DNA of 64,000 nt from Lama glama (taxonomy: Eukaryota), in NCBI GenBank assembly GCA_028534125.1, contig CM052816.1:90832001-90896000 (forward strand), read 5' to 3'. Under the pieces are notes generated by a model, which ran no database searches, had not been told where the DNA came from, and saw only the letters and a program-made list of their open reading frames with translations. Both the position numbers and the translations under genes were made by a program. Below, piece by piece: positions 25,839-37,879 of this stretch. Position 1 is the stretch's first letter. Every line of letters begins with the position of its first letter.

Positions 25839-27058
25839 GTCTAAAGAGGCACTTACCCAGACAGCAAGAAGGTTCCTAGGGAACCCCCAGCCAAGGAGCA
25901 GGGAGCTCCTGAAAGTTTTATCTCTGGAGTCCTGTGAGCTGCTCGTGGTAACTCCAGCGATAACTCCAGGCGCTCTCACCCGAAGGAGAACAGCCCTGCT
26001 TCCTGTTGCTTTGTTCGGCCGCTCCAGGCCTTCCCGCTCTGCAAGCAGTGCTTCTCAGAAGAATTCGGCTTATCTCCCAGTCTCTGACTGATGACAGCAA
26101 GAGGGCACACATACTTGTAGGTCAGTGCTTTCTTCCAACAAAGGGAGTTGAAGGAGTTCTTGACTTGAGTGGGGCCTGTAGAGATGTAGTGACACTCTGC
26201 AGGTGCTTGATGGCGTTGGGTGGTTGCCCTGATCGCCCTGAATTGTGGCTTGGCTCTTTGTCCTCGAGTTTTCTATGATCCACGTGTATTTCAGACAAAA
26301 CTCTTTCGGGGGCTTTTGCCCTTTTCAGTCAATGAAGGAGTTCTGGAGCCTTTTTAGCTCTGCCCTTCTGAATGGTGCCAGATCCTGGAGCCCAGACGGG
26401 ATGTCCCCGGGAGAGCCGTCACTGTCACCCGTGAATGGAGACAGGGGAGGTAAGTGGGGATTTCTCTAGATTTCCAGTGTCTGTTGCCAAACAGCTGTGA
26501 CACTTGTAGGTAGAACAAAGACATTTGGATTGTAGGAATGAGAGGCCTTCGAGTCTGTCTGGTGTTGGCAAGAGAGAGCAGCACACAGTCTTGGAAGAAG
26601 ATGCTTTGCCATTGGAAAAGCCAAGCTGAGCTTAAACGTTGACTTCATGGGTTTGTTTAGGGGTGCTAGTTTCACACACGGGGGTGGTACTTTGTGTCTG
26701 TCTTGGAATAGGATATTATGGTGTTCTATTGGAGTCGCATTACAGTGGTGGTGGCGTTGCAGAGTCCCTCACTAATGCTAATCAAGGGCTTTTTTTTTTT
26801 AACAAAGGGTATATTTTTAGGTGATGTCTAGCAAGCTAGTTTTGTTACAGGTTCAGTTTTGTGGGAACTTCTAAAGTAATTTTTAAATAACATGTTTGAA
26901 AGTGACTTTCAACTAAGTTTCAAGACAAACACTTGGATTGCCATGAGCGTTAATTATTGGAGTAGATAAAAACTGGAGATGTACACATGGGTATGTGGTA
27001 CATTACTCAGGAGCAGTGCATTCTGCTTTGTGAGCAGAATATTTACATTGTTAACTCA

Positions 27059-27116
27059 CTTCCTTCCTTTTCCTTCCTTCCTTTTCTTTCTTCCCTCCCT
27101 GCCTCTCTTCCTTCCT
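27059..27116. repeat. (TTCC)n-like polypyrimidine simple repeat
   Basis: cttccttccttttccttccttccttttctttcttccctccctgcctctcttccttcct. Confidence 0.8.
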
Positions 27117-27360
27117 GAGTTTGCTTGGACCTAATGCTTTTCCCTCTTGGGGGAAGAATTTAGGTCAGTGGTTCACACTAGGTGGCCTAGATTTGAGCTG
27201 GTGTTGGCTTTGTGCGGGGTTCCAAAGAGGCATCAAGTGTTTCCTAAGGGCCAGACTAGGTGTGAGAGTCTCTGAACTTGGTGAACTTGCAGGTGCGGGG
27301 AGGAAGAAGGCCTCGAACACTTGGGTCACCACCTGGAAGGCCTGGGCCCAGGGTCGGGGT

Positions 27361-27554
27361 GGGGCCCCTGCCCTGTCCCCTATCTGGAGTTCATCTCTGG
27401 GCGTCGAGCTGGGGCCCCTGCCCTGTCTGCCCATCTGGAGTTCATCCCTGGGCGTCGAGCTGGGGCCCCCGCCCTGTCTGCCCATCTGGAGTTCATCCCT
27501 GGACGTCGAGCTGGGGCTCCTGCCCTGTCCCCCATCTGGAGTTCATCCCTGGGC
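27361..27554. repeat. GC-rich minisatellite, about 3.8 copies of a 50/51-bp unit
   Basis: Units start at 27361, 27411, 27462 and 27513. Consensus is GGGGCCCCTGCCCTGTCTGCCCATCTGGAGTTCATCCCTGGGCGTCGAGCT. Confidence 0.95.
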
Positions 27555-28552
27555 ACTGTTGAGGTTTCAGAGCTCCACGGGCATGTGGTTCTGCTGAAGT
27601 CAGGGACGAAAGCCTCCCTTCTAGACCGTGTCTCTCCTGTGGGAGTTTATTGGCTGTTTGCCTGGCCTGTCAGTGGGTCATGAGCATCCTCTCCTGCAGT
27701 GCTTTCCTGCTGTGAAGTAGAGGAGGGCTCTGCTGTGCAGAGAAGATGAGAGGCCGGGAGGATGGCTGGGAGAAGAGGGGCCAGGAGCTGGGTGATGACC
27801 TGAAGTTGGGCTTAGAGCAGAATCCCGCCTCCTCGGGGCTCTGCCTGGCCCTGTTTAACCCCCGCCCTGTCCACCCTGTTCCGCCCGAGGAGCCCCTCTG
27901 AGTTAAGGGCTCACCCCCATGGGTTTTTATTGCTCACAGGCCCTCACTGCCAGCCGTGAGTCGGGCTTCTCCCTGAGTGGGGCAGTTCGTGTGTACGGGG
28001 GCATCAGTTGTGGCTGGAGTGGTTTGGGAAGGATGGAGCGGGTTGGGAGGGAGGACTGGCTGTGCTGGACTCCACTAACGCACTCGTAGGAAATTTCCTC
28101 TGCTCTCTGCTGGATGGAGCCTGTCCTCAGCACTGGCCCTCGGGTAGTAGGAGGTTTCCTAGGAAGGAGAAAGGGGAGCAGAGGGCCTTCCCATTTGACC
28201 AGGGCCACTTTGGTCTGGCATCCAGGAGTTGGGGAGAGGCTGATGAGGAGCCAGGAGGAACTGGGAAGGACTTTCCTCAGCGCTGGAACTTGGAGCTTCG
28301 TGTGACCTGCCCCGATGGGCCCCAGGGAAGATTTGTTCGTAGGACCCAGACTTGTCACTCCCCCGACACCCCGGGCTGGGCTCATTCTTATCCAGCCCAG
28401 TGGGATCTCAGCTCCAGCCCCCCACCTGCCTCTGCCCACTCATGCACACTGCTCGAGGGGATCTTGAGACTTTCCAAGCTGAGTGACTCAGAGTCTCATG
28501 GACTGAGATGGAATTAAAAGTTGGTATCTCAGAAAGACTTTGGCTGCTGTGG

Positions 28553-28578
28553 GTTTTGTTTTGTTTTGTTTTGTTTTT
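28553..28578. repeat. (GTTTT)n simple repeat
   Basis: gttttgttttgttttgttttgttttt. Confidence 0.85.
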
Positions 28579-29574
28579 ACAAACATGCTTGGAAAAAAGT
28601 CTATTGCACTGTAAGACAGTGTGCCCCAATTTTTATTGGTAAGCGGGAAAGCTATTTTAGTCTTTAGTGGTTTCCAGAGTTTGGTCAGTTAGAGTTTGAG
28701 ACTTTTCTTTCTTGAACTAAAGGAAGGTGAATGCCTTCATTGTTTGGTGCGTGGAGCTGTTCATAGTTTCCAGTCAGTGGTTAAGTGGAGCAGGTAAGCC
28801 AGCTTACGATGTGTCTTAGTCTGCACTGGTCCTTGGCTACTTTGCGGAAAATTGCACCCTTCACCTTGAGACTTCCACCTGCTGCCTGGGGGTCTGTCCT
28901 GTTCATCGTCAGAACCCTGCTCTCATGTGGCTTGCTGCCTTCACCGACACTCCTACATGCGGGAACGCTGTCTGTGTCCCCAAATGAGTCCTATGGTGTC
29001 AAGTTTAAATGATCTGTTTAAAACTTCGTTCCCCTTGGATGCGGGTTTCTGGAAGTCAGGTTTGTCTGTTAGGAGCCTTTGTCCTGTGTCTCTGGCCCGG
29101 CAGCTCTGTTGTTCAGTCCATGGCCACTTCTCTCCGTGGAGAGTTCCTGCTGATCCCCTCCCCTTTGTGCTCAGACTTAGCCCCCTTCTTCCCCACAGTC
29201 CCCTGGGAGGGAGGGCGTGTTCTTTTCTGCTCTTCTGTAGAGGAGGAAACTGAGGGCCAAGGAGGTGAACTTGACCCAGGCCGCGTGGCTGAGGCAGGAA
29301 AGCCTGGACTCCCGTTCAGAAAATTGGACCCCTGGATTGAGCCGTCACTGGAAGCCACAGCACTGCAGTCTAACTTCAGGGAAAAGCTAAGACAGTCCCC
29401 GACAGAGGGGTGTTCCACAGAACCCCTGACCTGTACTCCTTGACACTGTCAAGGCCTTTAAACACTGTCGAGGGGCAGAGAAGCCCTGATGAGGAAGGAT
29501 GACCTGATAGAAAGTGCTGGATGGGAACCTGGGACAGAAAAAGGGTGTTAGGGAAACGCTGGTGTGAAATCCAA

Positions 29575-29745
29575 GCAAAATGCGGAGTTGTGTTCATGAT
29601 AACACACCTATGTTGGCCCCTTAGCGGGGACAGTAGCAACATGAGATGTTAACAGTTGGGGGAACCTGCATGCAGGAGGGTGGGGACCGTCTGTATCAGC
29701 TTTGCAGCTTCTCTATAAAATCTGAAACTATTCTAAAATAAAAGG
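29575..29745 (+). mobile_element. L1MC-like 3' end
   Basis: agatgttaacagttgggggaacctg...ctttgcagcttctctataaaatctgaaactattctaaaataaaag. Confidence 0.7.
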
Positions 29746-31255
29746 CTGATTTACAGCAACAACAGCAAAACCACCAGAAGCCCCACTGCATTCTGCAGCC
29801 TCTCTGGTCTGTTCTACTCCGGGTGCCCCGTGTCCTCACTCCTCCATGTCTGGTGCTCACTGAGGAAGGAGGCAGAGGCCTGTGTCCTTGGGGAAGAGCC
29901 TGGGATTTCAGCCCGAGTTAGTGATGGAGACACAAGCAGGCGTTGCCACTGGGCTGTCGGATATGCTGTCTCCTAGAGAAAATGTCATTCTGTGCCCAAA
30001 TCTCTATGGAACCCAAGAAGAGATGGAGTTCGGAGAATAATGAAAATGGTTTGCCACAAGAGAGAAATAATTTTATTGAGAGAAAATCTTGGTAGGTATC
30101 AACTAGAAGAAACACAGGCACTTATGTCAAGTAAAACATTTCCATCCTTTTCACCTCCATCGCCTTCCTGCTGGGTGTAGCTTGTCTTTGTGAGTTATTT
30201 TTAAATACTTCGGAGCTGGAAAGAAACCGAAGTTGTAGCTTTGGTGGATTTGGAGGAAAGGTTGGTTCGCCTGGTGAGTTAAACTAGGCCTTTGTGTTCC
30301 TAGGTTCTATAGCAAGGCATTCAGAGGAAAGCAAAATGAAAGCTGTACCATGGCTAAAAGCCATCCTGGGCGTGACCCTGGAGGGTGCTGGCAGCAAGAC
30401 CCCAAATATAGACACTGCCACGTTGTGTCGAGGGCCCTGCGGCTTTGGGGCACTTTGGTTAGCCGTCCCGAGTGCCCTTCTTGTGTTTGGACAGCAGACA
30501 AGTTTAGATGACTCTCGTCTTGTACGGAGAAGTCTCAGGTATTAACAGTTGTCCTGAGCCACAGGTGGTGAAGCTGGGGTTTGAAGCTGAGTCCACACTG
30601 CGGGGGGGTGGGGGGCAGCCTGTGTGGTTTTCACGGCCTCTTTTCTACAACCTGAGCGGCCTTTCATCTCTCTGTGAGCAGCACTGTGCCTCCAGGGGTC
30701 ACCGTGTGTTCCCAGAGCAGAGAGCAGGGCCCTGCGATGGGATTTGGGATTGAGAGTGAATCAACACTTGTCCCTCATCCAGTGTGCCCGGCCCTGCTCT
30801 TGGCTGGGAATTCACTGGCAAGGAAAACAGCCCACCCCTGCCTCCTGTAATTCAGGTGGTAAGAGTTCTAGTGTAACATGCATCACACAGTCCAAGCTCT
30901 GACATAACTTGTCCTTCTGCTGCTCTTGGGAAAGCATACACAGCTAGCATGGCCATTTCCAGAGGTCTCTCGGTGAGGGAGTCGCTTTCTAGATGTCTTC
31001 TGAAGTCCTGACATTGGTCTGCTGAAAAAATCATACTGATTTTCCTTTGCTTGTAAATGACGGAGACTCAATAAAAACCAGTGTACACCGAAAAGAGGAC
31101 CTTCTTGGCGTATGTAACGCGGGAGGTCAGGGCTGAAGCTGGCCTTTAGGTTAACTGGATCCAGGGAGTGAATGAAGCCAGATACGAAGCAGCCTGTCTT
31201 CCTCTTCTTGCTTGTCTGTCTCCCTCTCTTCTTTCTTTCTTTTCTTTTTTTTTAA

Positions 31256-31331
31256 GTGAAAGCAGGTTTATTTAGAGAGAGAGACATTCCATGGACAGAA
31301 TCCGGTCAGTTTCAGAAGGGAGAGCAGCCCC
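31256..31331 (-). mobile_element. Short ERV LTR-like fragment
   Basis: gtgaaagcaggtttatttagagagagagacattccatggacagaat...tcagaagggagagcagcccc resembles the reverse of an artiodactyl LTR poly(A)-signal region (recalled). Confidence 0.45.
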
Positions 31332-31336
31332 TCTCC

Positions 31337-32185
31337 CTTTTTTATTTGCGAGATGATTCACTTATCATGGATGTGAGTCTTTTTAAAGTATCCCATTCAG
31401 TGGTTTTTCGTATGTCCACTAAATATAGTACTGTTACGTTACTAGTTTATACTAATATTATTTATATAGTATATATTAATATTGTATCATACTAATAGTT
31501 ATTAATATATAATACTACACTAATATATTATACTAACATTGTAACAATATTATAGTATTAATATATACTAATAGTTGTGCAGCCATCACCACTGTCTAAC
31601 TCCAGAACATTTTCATCACTCCAGAAAGAAACCCCACACCAATCAGCAGTCACTCCCTAGTCCCAGTCACTGCCTACACCTGCCCTGGGCAACCAGCAAT
31701 CTGCTTCCTGTCTGCATGGCTTTACCTTTGGGACATTTCATGTAAATGGGCTCACGTGATGTGTGGTCCTTTGTGACTGGCTGCTTTCACTTAGTGTAAT
31801 GTTTTCAAGGCTCATCCATGTTGTAACATGCAACATTTCTTCCCCTTTTTTAAATCACTGAATAATACTCCATTCTATGAATATGTCACATTAAAAAAAA
31901 TCTGTTCTTCAGTTGATGGACACTAAGGGGGTTCCCCCTTTTGGGCTGTTGTAAATCATGCTGGTGTGAACCTTTGTGTACAAGTTATTATGTGGACGTA
32001 TGTTTTCATTTCTCCTGGGTATACAGGTGGTAGTGGAATTCCTGGGTCATCTGGTAACTCTGTCTCTAACTTTTTGAGGACCTACCAGACTGTTTTCTGC
32101 AGCAGCTGCACTGTTTCACATTCTCACCAGCAGGGTATGAGGATTCTAGTTTCTCCACGTCCTCACCAACATGTTTTCTTGTCTC
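31337..32185 (-). mobile_element. L1MB-like 3' region with internal AT-rich expansion
   Basis: gttgtgcagccatcaccact...ccagaacattttcatcactccagaaagaaacccc...gtggaattcctgggtcatctggtaactct...cacattctcaccagcagggtatgagg. Confidence 0.88.
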
Positions 32186-32487
32186 TTTGATTGGACTGGA
32201 TTGTCTCTTAAGCATCTCTTAATTCAGGCAGTATGACTTCATGAAAAACATGAAATGTTTTTGAAATTCAGTAAAATTCTGCAGAGGAATTAATCTGTCT
32301 GCAGCTGAGATGAGAGGTAGCCATTTTATTTAGTTCCTACTGTGTCCTTGGGTCATCCGTTTTTATGAAGTAATGACAAACTGCTGTTCTGAATAAGTTT
32401 GTGTATTTTTTCTAAAAACAGATGGTAGCCAGAACACAGCCAGGGCTGCATGAAGATTATCTTACTAGTTTTTGTTTGTTTATGGTT

Positions 32488-32507
32488 TGTGTGTGTGTGT
32501 GTGTGTG
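32488..32507. repeat. (TG)10 microsatellite
   Basis: Direct reading of the sequence. Confidence 0.9.
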
Positions 32508-32961
32508 TTTAAGAAAAGTATTCTTGTCAAGAATAGGAAAGGACAAACTCTAGGAAATAAAAGGTAAGGGACGTCTGGTATTACATTCCACGAAGAGTGA
32601 AAACATCTCGTAATGGTCTTTTGTTATCCCTTCTGTTCTATATCTCCTACTGTTTCCACTAAAAGGGAGACTGGAATGCAGTTCTAAAGCCAGCTATTTT
32701 GTTTTGTGTCCCTTAGAGAGGATTTCCCACTAGTTTTTGAGACCTTAAAAGCAGAACAGTTTTATTCATTTTATAGGGTCTGCATGTCCTTTCCCCAATT
32801 AGCTACTTCTCTTTCTTGCCTTATTCTACTGCTCTTCCTGTTGCATAATTACCCTTTGGAAGAAAGACTGTAGGATGAGGGTATTAGAACAGGCATCATT
32901 TTACCTCTAACATATTGTAAATGTTTCAGAGCAGGAACGGTTTTATATACGGGTGAATCTT

Positions 32962-33120
32962 TCACAGCGCCTGGTACATAGTAGTGGCTCAAAAGATAGT
33001 GTGGGAAGGTGGGAAGGATGGGCTTGTGGAAGGGCAGCCAGATGGATGGATGGATGAGTGGTTGGATGAATGGGTGGATGAGTGGATGGATTTATGGATG
33101 AGTGGATGGATGGATTTATG
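32962..33120 (+). mobile_element. L2 3' end with (GGAT)n tail
   Basis: cacagcgcctggtacatagtag...ctcaa followed by an imperfect gatggatggatggatgagtgg array (about 33040-33120). Confidence 0.7.
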
Positions 33121-35420
33121 GGAGAGGTGACTTACAGATGATTGAATTTTAGGTGCATTGGCTAATTCTTTGGGTCTATTTTCTGATCTCTTTTAAACAT
33201 ATATATGTTAGCTTTGTGATGATTGGTTAACTAATAGTGGAATAATTTGACTTTTGTTCCTTGGATTTTCACATTCCTACGGTGTCTGAGATTGTCTCAG
33301 CAACTAGGAGATGTCTCATTTCTCTCAGTGTTAATGTGTTTTCTGGGATTAGTTCTAGTCACTGTAGTTTAAAAGTAACTGAAAAGCTGTTTTGAAGAGT
33401 TCTAAGGAAGGCAGGAGAAATCAGAATCTAACACCAGGGCTGAGTCAGTCGGCAAGCTGAAACCCCATAACCATGGGAATAAACTCTTTAAAGAATTATA
33501 CGTTCACAAATTAGGTGTCGTGGCCATTTAGCATCGCTTGTTTTGGCTCTGATTTTGATTGGGAGTCGGGGATGCCGATGAGTCTCTTTTTTTTTTTTTT
33601 GTATCTTTCCATGTGGAACCTTGAGCAAAGGTTAGTTTATTGGCAAAAACTTTTACCATTTGCTTTTCTTTTTTCTCCCTTTCCATCTCCTGCTTTTCAT
33701 GTACTTTTCATGTTGTTTTGTGTTTTCATGTCATGTTTGTCTTGAAGCTACAGCTCATCGTGGTGACAGGGTGTGACCTTATGGGCGGACAGCGGGAAAG
33801 AACATGGATGCCACGTGATCCTTCTCACTGGTTGTTGCCCAGAGACATAGGACCAATTGTGGACTTTATCGTAATGAATGTGGGCAAGCTCAGTAAACAC
33901 CCATGCTGTTTTTCAGGTGTGTTTAGGGTTAGATGCTTGGGACATTACACATCTTCCTGTAGGGACAGTGCTGTATAGGCTCCTTAGGCTCGTAGGCAAG
34001 CCCAAGAAATGATGTTGATGATGGTGGTGACACAGCTACAAATGCACTGTAGCCACAAATATCTGGAATGTATTTCTTATCTTAAAAAGCACTGCGTTTA
34101 AAGACGTCCGTAGGCCTGTCTGGGGAGTTACGCAGCACTTCTGACAGTCTTGGGAGCGGTTGCGGGGAGGGGTTGTCCAAGTTCTGAAAAAGAGTGTCAG
34201 CAACACCTTTTCCTCTAGAATGTGATGGTGGCATCAGCTCCGATGGGTGTAGAACAGTTGTTCCTGGTGTTGCCTGTTACAGAGAACAAACACCACCTCC
34301 GTTCCACAGCCACAGGCAAATGGTACGAACTTGGGATCTTCACATCACGTATTTCCGACATTCCAGGCTGTGTGCTCACATTTTCTCTCTTGAGCCTCCT
34401 GTTCCTCCTTTTCCCTCCCCAGCGGTCAGTGCTGGCCGGGCACTAGCTGAGTTCTGCCTCCTTTGAGAACTGAGCCTGAAACCTGCAGGTTCCGTTCGGT
34501 GCTGAGCAGCCCTGGGCTCTTTGGAACCTAACACAGCTGTGCAGAAAGGAGTACTAGCCTCAGGTCTGAGAACCCCCAGTCCCATGGAGGAAGTGAATCA
34601 GGGGATCACCCAGCCCCCGTGGCCCTGAGCTCTCTGCCTGCTGTGTGGTCAGGGGTGCACAGACCACCCGCTGCTGTGGGGATGCTGGGGACAGTGGCTG
34701 CCCTGCTGCTTGCTTATTTCCAGGTCCTCTCCTGGGGGATGAAGGGGTGGCCGTCTCCGCGGGGGAGACATCTTGGGTTCCACTTTGCTCTTTCATTTTG
34801 GAGTCTCCTGGGTCTGTCCCTGGCCAGCCGTGCTCCTTTGTCCCCGCTGCTCGAGTTCGCACTGCATTTTTCATACTCATTTTGTACGTGTGATTATGCT
34901 CCTCTTCGTTCTCATCTGTGCTGTTTCCAAACATTCTGACAACTTGTGCATCAAGCTTTGCAAGCACGTGGGGTTGAAGTCACCCTGAGGTGAAAAGAGC
35001 GCAGGTTTTTGGACAGGTTTTGTTTGTGCAGTTCCAACCATCTGCATAAAAGCATTGTCAGTTCTAACATGAAAAGTGCATTTAAAAAAAAACAAACAAA
35101 CCCCAAACAGCACAGTGGACAGAGGGAAGGAAAGAGAGAGCCTTCCAGCACCGTCATCAAGCCCTAGACTTCGGAGCCCTTGTTCCCTCCCTTCGCCAGA
35201 TGTTTTGAATCAGACTGCAGAGGCGCCTCCCTCCCTCCGGTCAGCACCCAGCCGAGGTCACCGGAAATGAGACCTGCCCCAGGTAGACTGCATCTGGGCT
35301 GATCCTACTTCCGGAGGTTGTGGAAATTCCTAGAATTTAGACGGTGGAGCCTGCTTTCAATTAATGGTTTTGAAAACTCGTTTAATTTGCTTGTTCCTAG
35401 AACTTAATGTTACTCTAGAC

Positions 35421-35508
35421 CAGTGGTTCCCAACCAAGACAGTCCCCTCACCCACAACAAATAATGACCTCATCCATGATGTCAGTCGTGACGAGGTTGA
35501 GGCACCTG
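35421..35508 (-). mobile_element. Internally deleted MER20
   Basis: cagtggttcccaacc joined directly to gacagtccc...acaacaaataatga...atgtcagtcgtgacgaggttgaggcacctg. Confidence 0.6.
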
Positions 35509-35699
35509 CATTCAAGCTTTGTATGTGATAAATGCCGTGTGTCCTTTGAGGTGGATTTGAGTAATAAGGATTAGAAAAAAAATAACATAAGTTGATGAGA
35601 AGGTATTCCTACTTCCAGCAACCACAAAAATGACTGTAAAACAGAGGAGATCTCACTTACGTGTGAAACCTCTCCCCAAACCTCCCATCCCCACCAATG

Positions 35700-36012
35700 C
35701 ATAAATACAGAGAACAGATTATCGGTTGCTAGAGGTAGGGGGTGGGTGAAGGGAGTCAAAAGGTACAAACTTCCAGGTATAAAATAAGTCCTGGGGATGT
35801 ATGGACAGCATGGTGACTACAGTAACACTGTATTGTATATTTGCAAGTTGCTAAGAGAGTAGATCTTAAAAGTTCTCATAAGAAAAAAAATTAACTGTGT
35901 AGTGATGTTAATTAACGATGGATGTTACAGACTTTCTCGGTATATACAAATATCAAATCATCGTGTTGTACACCTAGAACTAATATGTCACATTTCAATT
36001 GTACCTCAACTT
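35700..36012 (+). mobile_element. L1MA-like 3' end (sense orientation)
   Basis: acagagaacagatt...aaaaggtacaaacttccag...aagttgctaagagagtagatcttaaaagttctca...gttgtacacc. Confidence 0.85.
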
Positions 36013-36147
36013 TTTAAATGCTCTTTAAATCCTTGTACTATAATATATTACCCACACCCTGTTTCTGGAATTGAGTGTCATCAAGAACAAGGTCCCTCCA
36101 AGTCCCCGCCTGTTACATGAGACGTCTTCTGAGCCAGGTTACTTCTT

Positions 36148-36821
36148 CTTTTTTCAGTTGAAGCATAACTGAAGTGTAGTCTATTTACAATGTTGTGTTA
36201 ATTTTCGGTGTATTGCATAGTGACTCACTTATACATACATATATATATTCTTTTTCATATTCTTTTTTATGATAGGCCATTACAAGGTATTAAATATAGT
36301 TCCCTGTGCTATACAGTAGGACTTTGTTGTTTATCTATTTTATATATAGCAGTTAGTATCTCAAACTCACCATTTATTCCTCCCCACCTCCTTTCCCTCC
36401 AGTAACCATAAGTTTGTTTTCTATGTGTCTTTTTTTTTTTTTATAAGAGTCTACATATAAGTGATATCCTATGGTATTTTTCTTTCTGGCTACTTCATTT
36501 ATTATGACCATCTCCAGGTTCATCTATGTTACTGCAAATGGCATTATTTTCATCCTTTTTTATGGCTGAGTAGTATTTCATTGTGTGCAAATGTGTGTGT
36601 GTGTATCTCACATCTTCTTTATCCAGTCATCTGTTGATGGATGTTTAGTTTGCTTCCATGTCTTGGCTGCTGTAAATAGTTTTGCTGTGAATATTGGGGT
36701 ACATGTATCTTTTCGGATTAGAGTTTCCTCTGGATATATGCCCAGGAGTGGGATTGCTGGATCATAGGCTAAGTCTCCTTTCAGTTTTTTTAAGGAATTT
36801 CCATACTATTGTCCATAATTA
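36148..36821 (-). mobile_element. 5'-truncated artiodactyl-type L1 with perfect 16-bp TSD
   Basis: L1 3'UTR motifs ttccctgtgctatacagtagg, tttatggctgagtagtatt and cccaggagtgggattgctggatcata. TSD AGCCAGGTTACTTCTT at 36132-36147 and 36822-36837. Confidence 0.92.
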
Positions 36822-37371
36822 AGCCAGGTTACTTCTTTACTAAGTCATTGTAGGCAGAAGAGAACCTTTTTGGTTGCTGAATTTACTGCAGATTTAAATA
36901 GCTGTATTAATTTATCTTATCTTACCAAACTATTTGACATCTTTGTCTGAAAAAAAAAAAAAAGGAGATCACATTTCCAGAACAAATTGTGTCTCTATCA
37001 TGTAAGTTGTTAGAGACTTCTGAACCGTGGTACTTAACGTGGGCCAGGGAAGCAGTTATGGGAGAAAAATAGGTGTGGTGCCTTGTTCTGGGTATGACTG
37101 AGCTGTGTGTTTGGCTAAAGAATGTTCTCGTTTCTGTGAATCTGTAATTAGAACATGCCACACAGCATAGTATTTCAAGTCCATCGTCATTATCTCTTTT
37201 TTGGAGTTGTTTTCCTACCTTATTTTTAAACTTCAGTGTTTCAAAGTTCAGGAAAGAAGATCATTATTAAAATCAGAAGAGAAATGTAATAGTTAAAAAT
37301 AATTTTTTTTAAATGGGGCAACAGTAGGTTGAAATCTTTGATAGTGATTTTATCTTCTATTTACCTTAAAT

Positions 37372-37435
37372 TAGGATCAGCAAACTTCCTGTGCAAAGGA
37401 CCAGGAGGTGAATATTTTAGGCTTTGCGTAGCTAT
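37372..37435. mobile_element. MER58A-like terminus
   Basis: aggatcagcaaacttcctgtgcaaaggaccagg...aatattttaggctttgc. Confidence 0.6.
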
Positions 37436-37440
37436 GTTAT

Positions 37441-37454
37441 GTTGCCATGGTAAC
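37441..37454. promoter_or_regulatory. RFX X-box motif (GTTGCCATGGTAAC)
   Basis: Near-palindromic 14-mer matching the RFX consensus GTTRCCATGGYAAC. Function untested. Confidence 0.5.
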
Positions 37455-37727
37455 AGGAAGGCGCCAGGTACAATTCCTTGCCTGGGGAGGTAATGCAAGT
37501 CATAGACAGTTGGCTGGGGATTTATGATAATCTTCCCAGGAGGGGGGGCCAGTAATTGAGACAGGGATACCCTTGACCACAGCCTCATCTGGAGATGAGC
37601 TTGGGCAAGTCTCCTTGTAGCTTCTGAACCCTGCTAGTCTGTGTTAATGGAGAGCGGGGACTTAATGAACGCAACACTGATCTTCAGAGTTTTAACACAG
37701 CTCTTACATGTGGTCATTATGGCTGTG

Positions 37728-37728
<1 letters not shown>

Positions 37729-37772
<44 letters not shown>
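37729..37772. repeat. (TG)22 microsatellite
   Basis: Uninterrupted 44-bp TG run. Confidence 0.95.
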
Positions 37773-37773
<1 letters not shown>

Positions 37774-37879
37774 TACCACCACAGGTCAGTTATAGAAACA
37801 TGATTGGGTTTTTCCCATAATGGAATGGTTAAGCATTGCGTTCATTTATCAGTGAGAAGTATGTAGGCTGGGAGATGAA

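Noticed and set aside
27361..27554. CRISPR-like array
   Set aside because: The units are head-to-tail with no unique spacers, the context is mammalian, and there are no cas genes.
27121..27683. Overlapping ORFs with repeated peptides (WSSSLGVELGP, HLEFIPGRRAGAPALS)
   Set aside because: These are artefacts of the stop-poor 51-bp minisatellite.
27927..28517. 170-aa and 169-aa antiparallel ORFs
   Set aside because: No recognisable protein similarity; GC-rich, stop-poor intronic sequence without exon structure.
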